A stretch of 64,000 bases of DNA from Camelus dromedarius (taxonomy: Eukaryota), in contig NC_087437.1 of assembly GCF_036321535.1 (NCBI RefSeq), forward strand, positions 103,790,001 through 103,854,000, written 5' to 3'. The position numbers were made by a program, and so were the translations under genes. The notes under the pieces were generated by a model. The model was not told the DNA's origin. It searched no databases and saw nothing but the letters and a program-made list of their open reading frames with translations. Each line of letters opens with the position of its first letter. Position 1 is the stretch's first letter. Shown here in pieces: positions 11,639-26,202 of the stretch.

Positions 11639-13379
11639 GTATGTCCTCAAATTCTAAAATGTATACACTTTCATCACTATCAATCGCCATGAAAATCAAA
11701 GCAAAAAGAGAAAGAGAACAAGGTAGTGAATATATTATTATTATATTTAATCCTTTAATAATTTAATTATCAGTAGAATTACAGAATGTAAGTGTGAAGC
11801 AGAACCTGAGAAATAATCCAGAACAGTTTCTCTTCATGTAGGTGAGAGAGCAGACTCGGAAAATGCAAAAACTGATTTGCCAAAGATAATATAATTAATT
11901 AATACTCAGACTTATAAGAAACTGCTTTTCTGACTTCAATTTCAGTGGTATTTAATATATTTTAGCCAGCTGTCTTTCTGCTGCATCTTCTTTTACTTCC
12001 TGTTAGCACATTATTTAGCTTTTTAAAAACTTCTCCAGGGTACTATCTTTTTCTTTTAACTATTAAAATTAAACAAAAATTATTTAACTTAGTCTCTACA
12101 ACACTGCTTCTTTGATCTGTTTTGATAACTTGTTCAATAAACATACACATTCAGTCTATCTCACCTCTTAAGTGAATAATTCAGGGTTGCAATTATAGAA
12201 GAGAAAAAAAAATTGCTGCTTTAAATGGTGACTTGGATAAAAATAACTTATCTTTGTAATTAAACTGAAAAAATTTCAGAGTTCTCTTCCTCAGACCAAG
12301 GCTTCCCGCTGCTAAAAAGTAAATTACTTTGGAGACATTTTGGGGATCTGAAGTCTTCTCTCAGATTCACTGGGACACACAGAATTCTCCAGCACATGGC
12401 CCCAGGGAGAGCTTCACTTCTGAACAGATGCTAATGTTTCATGCAGTTTAACGGTGGCTATGGTAATGAAACAATTTTATTTAACTTCAGTCTAGAAGGG
12501 AGACACACCCTGCGTGACTTGACAATGTTCAAACTGAAACTGCCTTTAGGGGATGGCAATTGACACCATCTAAAGTTGTTGAAAATTTACAAAGTACTTA
12601 AAATGTCTTTTTGTGAATAAAAATGTGCTTTACTGTTGTCTTCATTTGAAGTTTTAATCATTCTAACCATATCGTAATTGGTGTGGCAAAGATAAGATAC
12701 ATTGCTTTATTGGCCTTCTGTCTGCGTATATCACATTTTTTTCTTTTCATAGTAACAATATTTGATAAGGAGAATGCTTATTTTTAAATAAGATAGCTTA
12801 TCTGAGGAACTATAAATTGTCACAAGAAGTGACCTTTTCTAGGCAATTCTTTATAAATCGGTTCAAAGAAAAACGTATCATAATGAATTTCTGGTTTTAA
12901 GTGACTGATGTTCATATTTTTTGGAACAGACAATAATGAATCTAGAACACCCTCTAAAGTCACGTTGTTTTCTTTTTACAGCACTGGTGAAATTAAAGCA
13001 TCCAGAAAACAATATTTTTAATAGTCTACTGCTATTGTCAATTATCAAGATATCATGACTAAAGGGCCAACTGTAAGGGGATCAAACTGACTTTTAAAAA
13101 GAACTGTTAGTTTTCCTTATTTGACACCAAATACTTAATAAGCTACTCATATTTATAACCGGTTCTCCATTGGCAAATCACTATGTTCCGTCAAATACTC
13201 AAATTTATATTGTGTCTGCTAAATATCTGTGGTCATGTCTAAAATTTTCTCTGTCATTTGAATAAAAGGATCTTGAAAGAACCTGGATACTAGGATTCAA
13301 TTGTGTTGTAATGAGAACTGGGAGCCAACTGCATTTTAATATAGTAGCTGGCAAAAAAAAAAAAAAAAAAAATGGCGCT

Positions 13380-13750
13380 CTAATAGGCAACCATGAAGTA
13401 CTCAAAGAAGGGATTATTTCCCAGCGTGTCCAGGGTTAGGATAAACCATGGGAGATGTTGCTATCCACAGGAAAGAAGAATCAAGGGTAAAATATGGTTT
13501 AATCCAGGGAAAGAACTGCAGCTGGAACTTTGGAAAAGGTGACAAGTGCTTTAGACTTCTGCAGAGAAATGAAGCCACTGGCCACCTTCACCCTGTACCT
13601 CCTTATCTCCTGCCAGCATCTCCCATTAGCTAAACTCAGTGGGTTCAGAGGTCACAAATCCTGTTGATTCAGTACCTACATTCAGCCTGTTGGAATACTG
13701 ATGAGGCTGGAGAAAGGCGGAGACTTGATCCTGTGGGGAAAATGAACATA
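13380..13750. mobile_element. Ancient LTR fragment (family uncertain)
   Basis: GC-richer block with CTCCCATTAGCTAAACTC…GGCTGGAGAAAGGCGGAG…GGGGAAAATG, reminiscent of old LTR families. Confidence 0.3.
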
Positions 13751-14719
13751 CACTCCTTCGGAGGATACTGTTTTACCACCCTTAGTGTTTCCTTCTACTT
13801 TCATTTTTCTCCACTCTGTCCCTTGTGTGGTGGAAAGTGATATATGATTTGAAAATTTGGAATGAATAACTGATGCTTTTTTCTCTGGGAATCCAGCTTG
13901 CCCAAGGAGAAGATGGGTTCTCCATTTGCTATCCTGGTCTCTGAGCCTCGCTGATCTATATTAGCACCACCTCCGAGAGCCTGGCTGAAGCCTCCCCAGT
14001 TCTACTTTAGATTTTGTTCGTCTGCTACTGCATGTTCCTGTATCGGGGTTTATCTAGAATAAAGGTAATTTTTTGGCCTTGATATTTACTCCTTATTTCA
14101 TATCTCAGCTTGCTTAGCATCTGGGGAGAAAACAGAAATGCTCTGTCTTGGGGGGCCCTTAGGAATCTCCAGTGCTCAGAAGTTACTCTCTTGGTACTTC
14201 ACTGCCATATTATTCAGCCTTCTCAACAGAAGATATAATCTATTTTTTTTCTTTGTTTGGAGGAATAGAAAAGTTTTGTCATAAACTTGAAATGGAGTAG
14301 TAACAGGAATATGCAACCAGCTTTCTTTCCTTGCAGGCAGAAAGGTTGCAAACTGCAACACCAACCCTGAGATGATCACTGTGCTCCATATGGAGTGGTT
14401 ATCTTGCAACCTGAGAAAAATAGCGTGTGGCCTGAGAAAAGCAAGGAATGGAAAACAATATGGGCCAATTCCTGAAGTATTTAAAACAGTTCTGAAAACA
14501 TGTTCCGAAATACCTGGAATATGCTATGGAGCCAGGAGATTTTTAATAATAAAGTAAACGAAAGCTTATGTATTCCTAACTTACCTCACATACTGATTTC
14601 TTTATTGGGTCAGAACCACTTGCATTAAGCCCAGTTTTTTCTTGCCTATTATAGAACAAATATTTGTCTTAGTTAATCTTTAATACTGTGCATAGTCCTA
14701 CTTTTTGTCATTTTTCGAG

Positions 14720-15410
14720 GTTTAAATTATGTATAATACAGTGCACCCATTTTAAATGTACAGATCAATGAATTTTGTCGAATGCACCCATATAACCACC
14801 ACCATGAGCAGAATGTAGGTTTTTCTTTTACCCTCAATATACCCTCACTCCTATTTCCAGTTAATTCTTCCCCATTCTGGGGCCTGGCAGTCAGTGAGCT
14901 TCTTTTTGATTAGTTTTGCCTGTTTGAAAATTTCAAGCAAATGAAATAAAATTGTTTAAATTTTTGTCATCACCAGCAAAATGTTTTTGATATTCATTCA
15001 TACGGAGTATGTCAGTGGTTTCTGTCATATTATTGCTGAGAATTATTTCCTTTATAGAAATTCATTGCAATTTATCCATTCTAATAGTGATGGACAACTG
15101 TGCTATTTCCAGTTTTTTTTTCCAGTTTTTGATTATTATGAATAAAAATTTTATTAACTCTTATGTACAAGTTGTCTTGTGGACATATATTTTCATTTCT
15201 CTCTGTTAAATGCCTAGGAGTGGAATTGCAGTATGTTGTAACAATAGAAACTGACAAGAAATGCACCAAAGCGGTTGCACCATTTTATAATGGTGTGAGA
15301 GTTCTGGTGTTTTCATAAACTCACGGATACTTGATATAATTATATCAACTGTTATAATTCACCCATTTTAAATGGATGATTAGCAATATCTCACCGATTC
15401 CTGTATTTTA
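14720..15410 (-). mobile_element. Ancient L1M (L1ME/MC-like) 3' end
   Basis: GTGCACCCATTTTAAATGTACAG, TTGTGGACATATATTTTCATTTCTCT, CCTAGGAGTGGAATTGC, CCAAAGCGGTTGCACCATTTT are antisense L1 3' motifs. Confidence 0.8.
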
Positions 15411-17104
15411 GTAACATTTAGGAAACTGTTCTTATATATTTATCCAAAACATCCTCTAAATTAATTTTTATTTCTTACCTATGAATTGATGATGCCTTGA
15501 TCATTTATGCAAATATATTACTGTGTGTAAATTAATATTTCATTTTAATTATCATAATTTTCAAAATCAAGCCATCTTCTTATATCTCTTGATGATAAAC
15601 AATCTTTATTCCTGCTAAATTAGACTTACCACTTAGCACTTACTGTACCTCAGACACTTTTCTAAGTGAACACATATTAACTCAATTATCAAAACAAACG
15701 GACTCATAATGAAGTTAAGAAAGTTGGCTAAATTTTTTTCAACCAAAAGTGTTGGAGCTGAGTATCTCACTCAGTCAGCTTGGTTTAAAAACCCATTCCT
15801 TTACTCATATGCTCATCTTATTCTCCTTTCTTTTTTAAAGCCTCTTTATGTGTGCGCCAAACTTTAAGTTACATAAGTGAGGACAAAGAGATGAAAAGTA
15901 AAAATAGAAGGCAAGGAAGGATACATGGAAATGAGGAAAAATAAGATTTAAGAGAGGAGCAACTGATTTTCTTTGTACACTGCATATATTTATAATAGCT
16001 ATAGAAATAAATCTTACATCAACTCATGCTTTGAATTAAAATGGCATTTCTTTCTGGGAAATAAAATGGCATAATGGACTATTTTAAATCCACCAAAAAC
16101 ATATAAATAACAAATTTATAATATAAAAATTAAGCAAATGAATATTTATAGATATGATCAAATTTATAATTTTTTCCAGTGTACTCTCAAATCAAGAAAA
16201 TTAATATTTAAGCAAAAATTCAGCTAAGAACACGAAGTGTAGATATCTCTAAATATTAAATATTTTTGCTTATTTATAATTTTTTGAACCAGGCAATTTA
16301 AAAAACAACATAGATTTGATGAGCATTTTGACATCTCAGAGTAATTGTCTAAGAGAAGAGAAAAGAGAAGCTACCTAAGGAAAATTTCTCTATATGGAAA
16401 TGTAAAGAGTAATAACATATGTTCCCTTTACATTTGTGACTTTATCATAATTATAAACATTGCATGCCTTGTAATTATTGTCTTATAGTCAGTAGGGTCA
16501 TCTAGCATTTAAGCTACACAGAAAATGTATTGACACTCTAAATAAAAAGACAAGAGGGTAGAACTTTGGATAGCCATGGATACAGACTTAAAGGTCTTGG
16601 GGATATAAGCCCAAATTCTTCTCTGGCATTTAAACAGGTTTTGTTTTAATTAACCTCTTGTCTCTGGGTTCCCATGGCATCACAGTGTCACCCACGGTTA
16701 GCAAGAGGAGGCAGTTTAAGTGAGTGTCATCACCTCTTGGACACTGGGAAGTCACTGGAGTCAGCAGGGCACACAAGCTACTTCATCCACTGCTACAATG
16801 GCTTCTGGCGTGAAGCTTGGATAATGGCTCTGACATGAAATTGTCCTTTATAAAATTTAGCTCTTCAGGTCTACCAAGAACAATCTGAACCTTAATTGAC
16901 CAAACTTCTACAGGTATGAGAGTTGTTCTGTATCATCAACCTCACAGTAGTATTTTCTCATTATCCCAAACCTGAGACCAATTCCTCCCCCTCAGGTGTA
17001 TCTCTTTATTTCTGTGCTCTGACGTCAGATACACACACATGATCAGGGTAATAAGAACATAGGACCCTTGGCAGCAGCTGTCTCATCTGGAAAGGGGAAA
17101 TTAA

Positions 17105-17320
17105 AATGATAACAAATTTAACATTTGCAACCACTGACTAAAAATCCCAGACACTCTGCTAAATACTTTATGTACCTTATTTAACCTCCCCAATAGCCAT
17201 TGGCATGGTGAAGACACTGAAGTTTGAAGAGGGCAAATTAATCATGAAAATCACACAGGTGACAAGTACCAGAGCTTAGATTAGAATCCAAGTCTCTCTG
17301 ACTTCAAAGCTTATAATCAC
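17105..17320 (-). mobile_element. MIR SINE
   Basis: CCAGACACTCTGCTAAATACTTTA…ACTGAAG…TCACACAGG…TTAGAATCCAAGTCTCTCTGACTTCAAAGC. Confidence 0.65.
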
Positions 17321-17945
17321 CAGGCTCTGCCTCAGGGTAAAAGAGAATCCTCTTTCTACAAATGTAGATAATGACACATTTGATCATCCACTTTCTTAAT
17401 ATATGGTAACACTAGAACAATGCGTACAGTATCATAGAATTCGTGTAAAAATGCATTTGTCTTACTGTCGTTTATGTGTGCGTAGATTTATATAGGTAAA
17501 CATATACATTTATCTGTCTAGTTATGTATCTCTACTTTGAATGCTCAGTAACCCCTCTGAACCAAGAATGGCAATCCCTCTCGAAATTGACACACTTCCA
17601 CTCCATGTGGCTCTGGAGGACCTGTAAATCACTCCACCTTCCTTCCCTTCCCGTCTCGGAAGAGAGCGAGAGTCAGTCTTGCTGATAACAATCACATTGA
17701 TTGGACAATCACAGTTCTTCCTTTGCATTTTATATATAGTGACTAGATGCAGGAAATTCTTACTTCTCTCTGGAGACCACAACACAACAAAAGAAGAAAC
17801 AGAGGTGACATAAACCTGGGACAGTCTGTGATCATGCTTCCTGACTCCCCTTTTCCTTGGTTCAGAAGGAAACCAATTTTCTGAGCATGAGAATAAAGTT
17901 AACACAGTTTTAAAAAGAAAAAAACTTAGGTTATTCATGGTGGGA

Positions 17946-18404
17946 TATGTTAGTTTCCTATGACTGTTGTAACACAGTCCCACAAAATGAGAACTTCAAA
18001 CAAGGGAAATTTATTTTCTCACAGCTCTGGAAGTTAGAAGTCTGAAATCAAGATGTTTTCAAGGCTGTGCTTTCTATGAAATCTATAGGGGAATCCATCC
18101 TTTCCTCTTCCTAGCTTGTAGCTTTCTAGCAATTTCTGCAGTTCCTTCCCTTGCAGCTGCATGACCCTGATCTCTGCCTTTATCACATGGTACTCTCAGT
18201 GTGCATGTCTTCACACGGCCATCTTCTAATAAAGATACGAGTCATCCAGGAGTAGGGGTTCTTCTTACTTCAGTATAGTCTCTTCTTAACTTATATCTGA
18301 AATAACCCTATTTCCAAATAAGGTCACATGCCGAGGTACTATGGGTTAGCACTTCAACATACCCTTTCCCTTTAGGCGGTGGGGGCACAATTCAACCCAT
18401 AACA
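17946..18404 (-). mobile_element. MaLR LTR (MLT1A/B/C-like)
   Basis: TTAGTTTCCTA…GAAATTTATTTTCTCACAGCTCTGGAAG…CCCTATTTCCAAATAAGGTCACA…CACAATTCAACCCATAACA. Confidence 0.9.
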
Positions 18405-19024
18405 TGGTTGCAAGGAGACAAACAGGTAGAGATAAAAGGAGAAATGTTTGATCGCTAGGTCCCATTGTGCCTGTTGCCAACTGTAATTCTGAACATTTCA
18501 GATACAAGAGCGGATGCATTGTATTTTGTTTCACTCATTGATTACAAGTAAAATAATTCTAACTCACCTCCTTCACTTCTCTAATTATAGGGACTCCTAT
18601 GGCCTGTAACCAATGAACACTGCCTCCCTGCAGAGACAGTCATATCTTGCCAAATGTGGGATCTGTGTTTTAATGATCTACCATCTGTTCTAGAGTGGGG
18701 TGTCTAATCAGTACATGAGACCTTTATCAATAAAACTAGGTTCTATTAGCCTTGGTAATGGGTAAGTACTGGGAGGCTGAAGTCTCTACCCCTTTAACTA
18801 TACCTGCAAAGAGACTTCAGAATTAATTTGGGGTAGTTTACTTTTGCATATTTCAGGGATTCTCACAGTGTATTCTACAGCCCTTTTGCATCAAATAATC
18901 TGATACCGTGTACTAACCATGCCCTATAGCCAACCTATAGAAAAAGAATCTCTAGGCAAGATTCTTTGGATCTTGGCTGCATCCATTTATATGAGATTAG
19001 TGTCCCCACTGGCAAATACAAGCA

Positions 19025-19382
19025 GGCAACCACATGTGTGAATCTCAAGGCATTATCTACTCTAAGTGAAAGAAGCCTCAACTTTTAAGGCCACATTCTA
19101 GATGATCACATTTAGACGGCATTCAGGAAAAGGCAAAATTACAGAAACAGAAACAGATCAACATTTGCCAGGGACTAGGGGAGTGAGGAAGGGTTGACGA
19201 CAAAGGAGCATGAGGGATTGATGGGTGAGGATTTAGGAGCAAAACTGGTGGTTAGAAGTGTCCTATATCTTGACAGAGATTGTGGCTACATGACTGTTTT
19301 CTTTTGTAAAAACTCACAGGACTATGAACACAAAAAGCCAATTTCAAGTATGTAAACTACATCTCAATTTTTAAAAATAAAC
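19025..19382 (+). mobile_element. Ancient L1M 3'UTR fragment
   Basis: GAATCTCAA…CTAAGTGAAAGAAGCC…GAAAAGGCAAAATTACAG…TTGCCAGGGACTAGGGG…TATGTAAACTACATCTCAAT. Confidence 0.8.
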
Positions 19383-21653
19383 TATCTTAATACTTCTGTT
19401 TTCTCTTACAACTTCTGCAATTAATGCTGTTCCTATGTTTTTTGATTCATAATTTATTGTATTTTATTTAAACTTGTTTCCATTAATTTTAGAAAAGGCC
19501 TTTTTCACATTTAATGATTTGTCTTATTTTATGCCTTCCCTTTATCTGACAACAAAATTATGATTTATGTTTTAGTTTTGCGTAGACTTGCCTCATAACA
19601 CTTTGTCCATGGCTTTGTATACAGCTTTACAGAATTATCTCCTTTTACGTATGTCTCCTGTATCCGTTGTTGAGTTGGGAATATTCATACACTCAATGTG
19701 CAAGTCTTATTCTTTTCATAGGCAAGTTTAATATCTTTCCTACACTGATTATAGCAAGATGAAGAATGTAGAATCATATTTCTTATTTGTGGTAGATTTA
19801 AACCCCAAGAAGTGAGAAAATAATGAATTTAATCCTTTGGGGCTTTCTTTACTGCTAAAACATCCTGAAGTTTTTTCTAGTGGTTAAAAATACAGGCAAA
19901 ACTCATTCCGTGCGGCTGAAATTGGCTGTGCCCATCTGACTGTCTTCCTAAACGCATTTGACAGTGTTGATGATCTGTGAGAGACGTGGTTGCAGCTGCA
20001 GCCTCATGGAGATTTCTGAAAATAATACCTTGATAGTAAGGAAAGGGCCATATTTAGTTATGTAGTCCCCAAACATGCATTTCATTTTTTGCATGTAAAA
20101 GGAGCCATATGCTTCACTGAATATAATGATGAATTATAAACCACCCATGAAAACAAGCACCACTAAGGAGGCAGGAGGAAATGGAAGTTAATACAAATCA
20201 ATGTGCAAGGCTGAAATAAATTGAACCAACAGAGCACTCATTTTGTATATAGTTTATATTTAATTTTTCATGGAAGTATATATCTAAGGATTTCATTGTT
20301 ACTTTTCTGTTTTACTTCTGACTTGGTTTTTAGAAGATTATGAAGGATTTGTGCCACTATTCTAAGTATTCTAATTAATCTTGCATTGTGTTTTTCTCAA
20401 ATTTATACTATATATTTCACACTACCTAAAAACTACTGGTTTTAAAATGTGTGGTAAGTAATTATTTTCATTACATGGTGGAATTTTCTCTGATGTCAAG
20501 TTACTAAGAAATTAAGATCGAAAGATTGTGACGTTGAGATTGCTATAATAAATTAGTTAATATGTTCTAGCTATAGTTATGATGTAGTAATCTTGCCAAT
20601 TCACTGTGCACATATATTGTTTTACAAATAGTTAATTAGCAAGGCTGACATCCCATTTGCATGGATTTCAGATCTATTTACTTAATAGTGGACATTAGGA
20701 TCAGAGTAAAGAAAATTTTTGTTACAAAACAGATGTATTGACTTATTCCATTGTATTTTACTCTTTATGCCTTCTTCAGGACCCTGAGCAATTTATACTT
20801 CATAATAGCTCTTACAAATACTGTCTAGAATATATTCTATAGTTAAAATAAACCGATAGTAGAAAAAAACTCCATTTGAAAAAAATCACGCTACTCTTCT
20901 TAGAAATATCCTGTTCTTAGAAATACCTTAGAAATATCACACTATTAAATTTTTAAAGCGTAGCTGCAGCTAAGTGTAATCAAGTGTAAGTGTTCTAAAT
21001 GTTTCCAGTCCTATTATATCAAATATTTGCCATCTTTAAACACCATCATTTAAAAAAACACAGGGGACATGAATGGCAAAATATGTTATTTCTAAAATAT
21101 TACGATTTAGGAAAAGAAAAAAAAACAGATTGAAGGTGTCTGAGAGCTCTGTGTAGTCAACAGATGGAAACATGTAGAGGGTTGACACTGTACCTCATGA
21201 ATCCTTTTAGGAACTGTTCCTACTAGAATGTCTGACAAATGATTCACTAGATTCAGTTAGTCTAGGACTTTCTAGTTATTAACTGAAGGTCACATATATA
21301 AGTGGCATAACATGAAAACATCATGAAAAGAACACCCCTCTGGCTGAGGCTGACGGGGTCCAGGTTGGTGCCTGACGCTGCCTCATTTCATTTCCCTTCA
21401 GCACCATCCTGCACTGTTGCTGACGAATCTTCTCCACCACCCCTTAAGTCTGTAAATACTGTGCCCCTTTTCCCACCCTCCAAACTGCCATGTGTGTTCT
21501 GCAAGTGGATTTATCCTCTCTTCTCAAGGGTGTACCCTAGGGTCCTTGACATGCATAAAGGTGCACCGCACCATGTGTTACCACTGGTTACCAAGATGAA
21601 ACAGTTAATAAAGACTGAGTTGGACATTAAGAAAAATATATTTAAGTCATAGC

Positions 21654-22405
21654 TGTAGTGGAATAGGGTGCTATTCAACAGGCAGGGAAGCTAGTTTTGA
21701 TTTTTTTATTGGGTTTGCTGCAGTTACAGGATAAGTTAAATTACTGAGAATGTTTCATGGGGAGATATTTTAATCTTAATAAAATCAAGAGCAGCCTTCA
21801 GAAAGTCCCTGCCCCTTGAATTAGGATTGAGGTGACATGTACCTTACTTATATGTTAGTGGACAACAGGAGCTTTACAAAAGTCTAACAAGGCTTCATAA
21901 GCCGGAGGAGACAGCCCAGTCTCTGACCTCATCTCTACTTTAAGATCTTAGCGGAATTTTGCCACCAGTAAAAAAGTTCTGGAAAGCAGGAACCACAGGC
22001 AGAGCAGCCACGTGAGCATTCTTACAGACTGGATCTTAGAAGGAGCAGAGTTGACCAAGGAAACTTTGGAAATCCGTTGTCATGTTATTGCTAAGTCTAC
22101 AACTCCCATAATGGAGTACAGTGGCCATCCCAAAACAGACTCTTTCTAGGAGACTAAAGCCTACATTGTAAGCAGAATTTGGCTCGAGGAATTCCTAACT
22201 TTGAAGAACCTTCTTTAGAATGAAAAGTAGTCTCCACCACATTCTTTCGTTTTTTTCCTCCCTTATTTGGGGTCAGAATTTCACTGTGCAAACTGAAGGT
22301 GCCCTATCTAGTCTCCTTCAAACATGCATTTCTCCTAATAAATTCCTTCAGCATTTATTTAATCCCTTCCTGGCATCTGCTTCTCTGAGGATCTAGACTA
22401 ATAGC
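21654..22405 (+). mobile_element. Old ERVL-class LTR
   Basis: TGTAGTGG start; ends AATAAATTCCTT…GGCATCTGCTTCTCTGAGGATCTAGACTAA, a typical ERVL LTR terminus. Confidence 0.55.
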
Positions 22406-22699
22406 CCAGGATAATGGTTTTTGTTTCTAAATAAAGTTTTAATGCAACACCAATGATAAGAAAATATTTCCTGGAAATTCTATTCATAGGATATCACAGA
22501 ATTGGGTTTATTTTCCCTTACAAACCTGTCTTTATGAAAGAAAAGAAACTCTTTATGTCAGAAATATTAGTTCTAATTTTACTTGAAATTACTATTTTAA
22601 AATACACTTGTATAAACACACGTCTTTACACACACATTTTCAGTTAATGAAGTGAGGACTGTTGATGGAATACTTCACTATAGACAAGTAATATGAATT

Positions 22700-23090
22700 A
22701 GAACTTTATAGCTGAAATGAGAAAGAGCTCAGACACCCACAGACCAACTTTCTCATTTCACAACTGACAAAATGGGAGCCAGAGAATTCAAGAAGTTTAC
22801 CTGAATCAAACAGCTTGGTATTTGCAAAAACAGAAAATGCATATTGAGCATCTATAATGTACAGCACATTTTAATAGGTACTTACATGAACTTTATACCA
22901 TTTAAACGTCAAAGCATCCCCATAAGGAAGACATTAATATCATTGCACCTATTTAATTATTAGGAACATATTTCTCAAAGCGATTTAAGTACCTTGCCTT
23001 GGGTCTCAAGTTAGGAAATGCCAGATTCTGGATAATTCACATTTCACAAAGTAGGACTTGAATGGAGTCCTGACTTCTCTCCAAGAGCCT
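22700..23090 (-). mobile_element. MIR fragments
   Basis: CTCATTTCACAACTGACAAAATGGGAGCCAGAGA and ATTGAGCATCTATAATGT…TTAAGTACCTTGCC motifs. Confidence 0.5.
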
Positions 23091-26000
23091 CATTTCACAT
23101 TATTTTAAACAGTGCTCTTAAAAATCCATATATCAAACGTACAGCCACTTTCCCTGATTTTATTTAACTGGTCATATCAATTTTCATTTGAATATGTGGG
23201 GAAATATATAAATTTGTCCATCAGATAGATATTATCTCTTCTTGGCAGAACTTGATCATGATAGTCTGTGTTATCAATACCACGGTTTTTAAGCAGCAAA
23301 CGCCTTTGCCATGTTTAAATGGAAGGATGCATAAAGTGATTATAAAATAATGATCTATTTATCTTGCATTCTTAGACAATCTATAAATATACAGACAACA
23401 TGCTAATTATTTAGATATTGAAAATGTTGTATAAGTAAAGGTCAATTAGTGTTATTAAATGCCCAATTTGAGAAAGCATTAATATTGCCTACAGCATTAC
23501 TAGAACTTAATCAGATAAATTCTGTTGTTTTAAAAATGGTACAGGCAAACATTCCTTTACTGAGCTGTCAAAATATGCTGTAAATTTAACAGCTTGTCCT
23601 TTTTTGACTATTCCACTTTTTAATCAAATCATTTAATTTAATCGTGCTATGTATGACGTTACAGACAATGTGGGATAGCAGCTGGGACCATAAAGGTCCT
23701 TAATGACTAAATGAGTTCTTAGTCCATAGTTTAGTCTTTCCTGAATTCTATCATCTCATGCATTAACTGACTTATCCTTAAATCACTTACAGAAAAAAAA
23801 ATCATAATCTTTAAAATGTGAGTATCACTGACATCCATAGAAGAGCTGTTTATTCACACTATTGATCCTCAGTTTTTGGGCCTGTATGTTGCTCAGCAAA
23901 AGTTACAGAAATAGAACTGAGTTTCCCAGTAGCCTTCAATGGATCTGCGAAGTGACTGATATAATATGTGATTATAGGTAAAAACTACATAAAACTCTGT
24001 GCAGCAGAAAATCCCCTTACAGATTTCATTTAATGGAAAGAGTTGCAGGAAAGCTTGTGTGTGTGTGTTGCACAAAGTTCCCAGAGTAGAATGAGGCTTG
24101 CCATTGTGCGAGGTCTCTGACATTAGAGTAAGTACCACTCCAACAATCTCACTGAGCCTTATTCCTGCCCAGTGCTTCCTTCTAGGGTCCACCAGTGTTT
24201 ATATTTCATAGTCATTCAGATGCAAGAGGAAACATGCTACTTTGTCTTTGTACCATGTCTTAGAACCACAATACATATATATAGATGGTTGGTTGTTTTT
24301 AACTTAAACTATCCTCACAGGCAGAGACAAATCATTTTAAAACAATAATACAAAGAACAATAATAAAATGAACAAAAAAAAAAATACAGTCTGCTAAGCT
24401 TTTTACAGACACTGCCATATGTATTTTTTATGACAAATATATGAGGTAGTTACATTAGCTCCATTTCACAGGCTCAAAAACTGAGTTGGACTGTTCTTAA
24501 TTTCAACATAGATAGATCTTTGTGAGTAGTGGACCTAGATTCACGGGATTCAAGAAAATGTAACATAGGAGGCATATAAACTTCATCATCCTTACTTTGA
24601 TGTGAAATTAATAACAACATCAACAAAGGCATATAGTGATATCCCTAAGAAACAGGTTTAGAATTTCAAAACCATTCTTATACAAGTTAGTCTATATTTC
24701 ATTTTATCCTAAATATTTCAAGACCTTCTTGCTCTTTAAATACAGATAATGCAATATTCACACTGATACATTCATCTTCTTCCATCCCTATTTGGATCTC
24801 CTTTATTTCCAAAACCTGTATTTCCTGAAAAAGCTACAGAGGTGCTCTTTTATTTGTGTTTATGCTATCTCCCATGTTACATCACCATGTATTTACTTTA
24901 TGCTTCAAATTCCTTGAAGTTTCAATGCCTGAGAAATCACATATTTAAAGCTAGTAAGAGCCAATGGCCACACTACAAGTGTCATCCTCCAATAATTATA
25001 TTAAGTACCAACACATTTCTCAATTCTATGCAAAGTTTACTGAATCTCTTCTTACCTTGAACTTTAACCTGTGTAGCTCTTGCCCATAGCTTCATGAAAA
25101 TAACTCTTCCATATACCATGAGGAATTGCAAATGCACATAATAACACCCAGCAAGCAGAAATAACAAGCTGTAACACAGTATCATCAAGATCTACATATG
25201 TTTATATATATATACAGACATATATTAATGTATATATTTATATATGTGTATATGTTCCCAAAATGATTCACGATTTCAAGAGAAGTATTTCACATTTCAA
25301 CATGGAAAAATTATCTTCAATCTCATGAAAGCACTTTTACCTCTTACAGGCCTCATTTTTATACAATAACTCCATTTCAAATGAGAACATCTGCTTTACA
25401 TTTGTATAGATAAAAGGCACATTTAGTGGCTTTACAAAGAGAAAGACTATCAAAGGTGAATTCACAGAAAAAAGCTTGCAGCCTTAACAACAATGTTAAA
25501 CATTTTCTCTGTCTTTTTCTTTGGTGAAGAAGCGAATGCTGCTAATGCTGATCTTCAAGAAATAATGGGTTATCTACTTCTCTGAAGTATAAAAGCTAAA
25601 TAAACACAAATATGTATTGAAGTCAAAGTGTCAAGTAGAATAGCACGTGCTTTGGTCCTAAAGATACATTTGTATGTTCTCCAGAATAGATAAGCTTACA
25701 AGTGACAAAGTCAGTCTTCAAGCACTGTTAAAACGTTATTTATTTTTGCCACAAAACTCCATTTTGATGGCTGTGAGGAAGCATTCTACTTCATAGTCTT
25801 ACTTGATAGACAGAAATGAGTGCTGGAATATGTTTCTCTCTCAGTAGCAATACCTGGGTTTTCTTCATTAATCTTTCAATAAAAATATTTCCAACTAAGG
25901 AAAATGTGCAGAATACTTAAATAAATATTTCTTGCATTTAATAAAGTGCAAGAATTAATGATTGTACTTAATAACATGCAAAATTAATGAATAAAATGCA

Positions 26001-26202
26001 AGCCAGAAATGGCCCGCCCTCCTTAACTAACTGTGGCAAAGTAGATCAATCAGGCCCAACTCTTGAGCTAATTTCAATTTTTTAAACTGTATTATTGCCA
26101 CATAAGGTGGATGGATATTGCAGAATCAATACATCTGCTAATGTGTTTTTATTAAAACACAAGAAAAGCTAAATTTTATTCACTAGGGTATAAAATGTTG
26201 GA

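Noticed and set aside
17522..17983. 153-aa minus-strand ORF
   Set aside because: Starts inside an MLT1 LTR at a non-ATG codon; no recognisable domain or exon structure.
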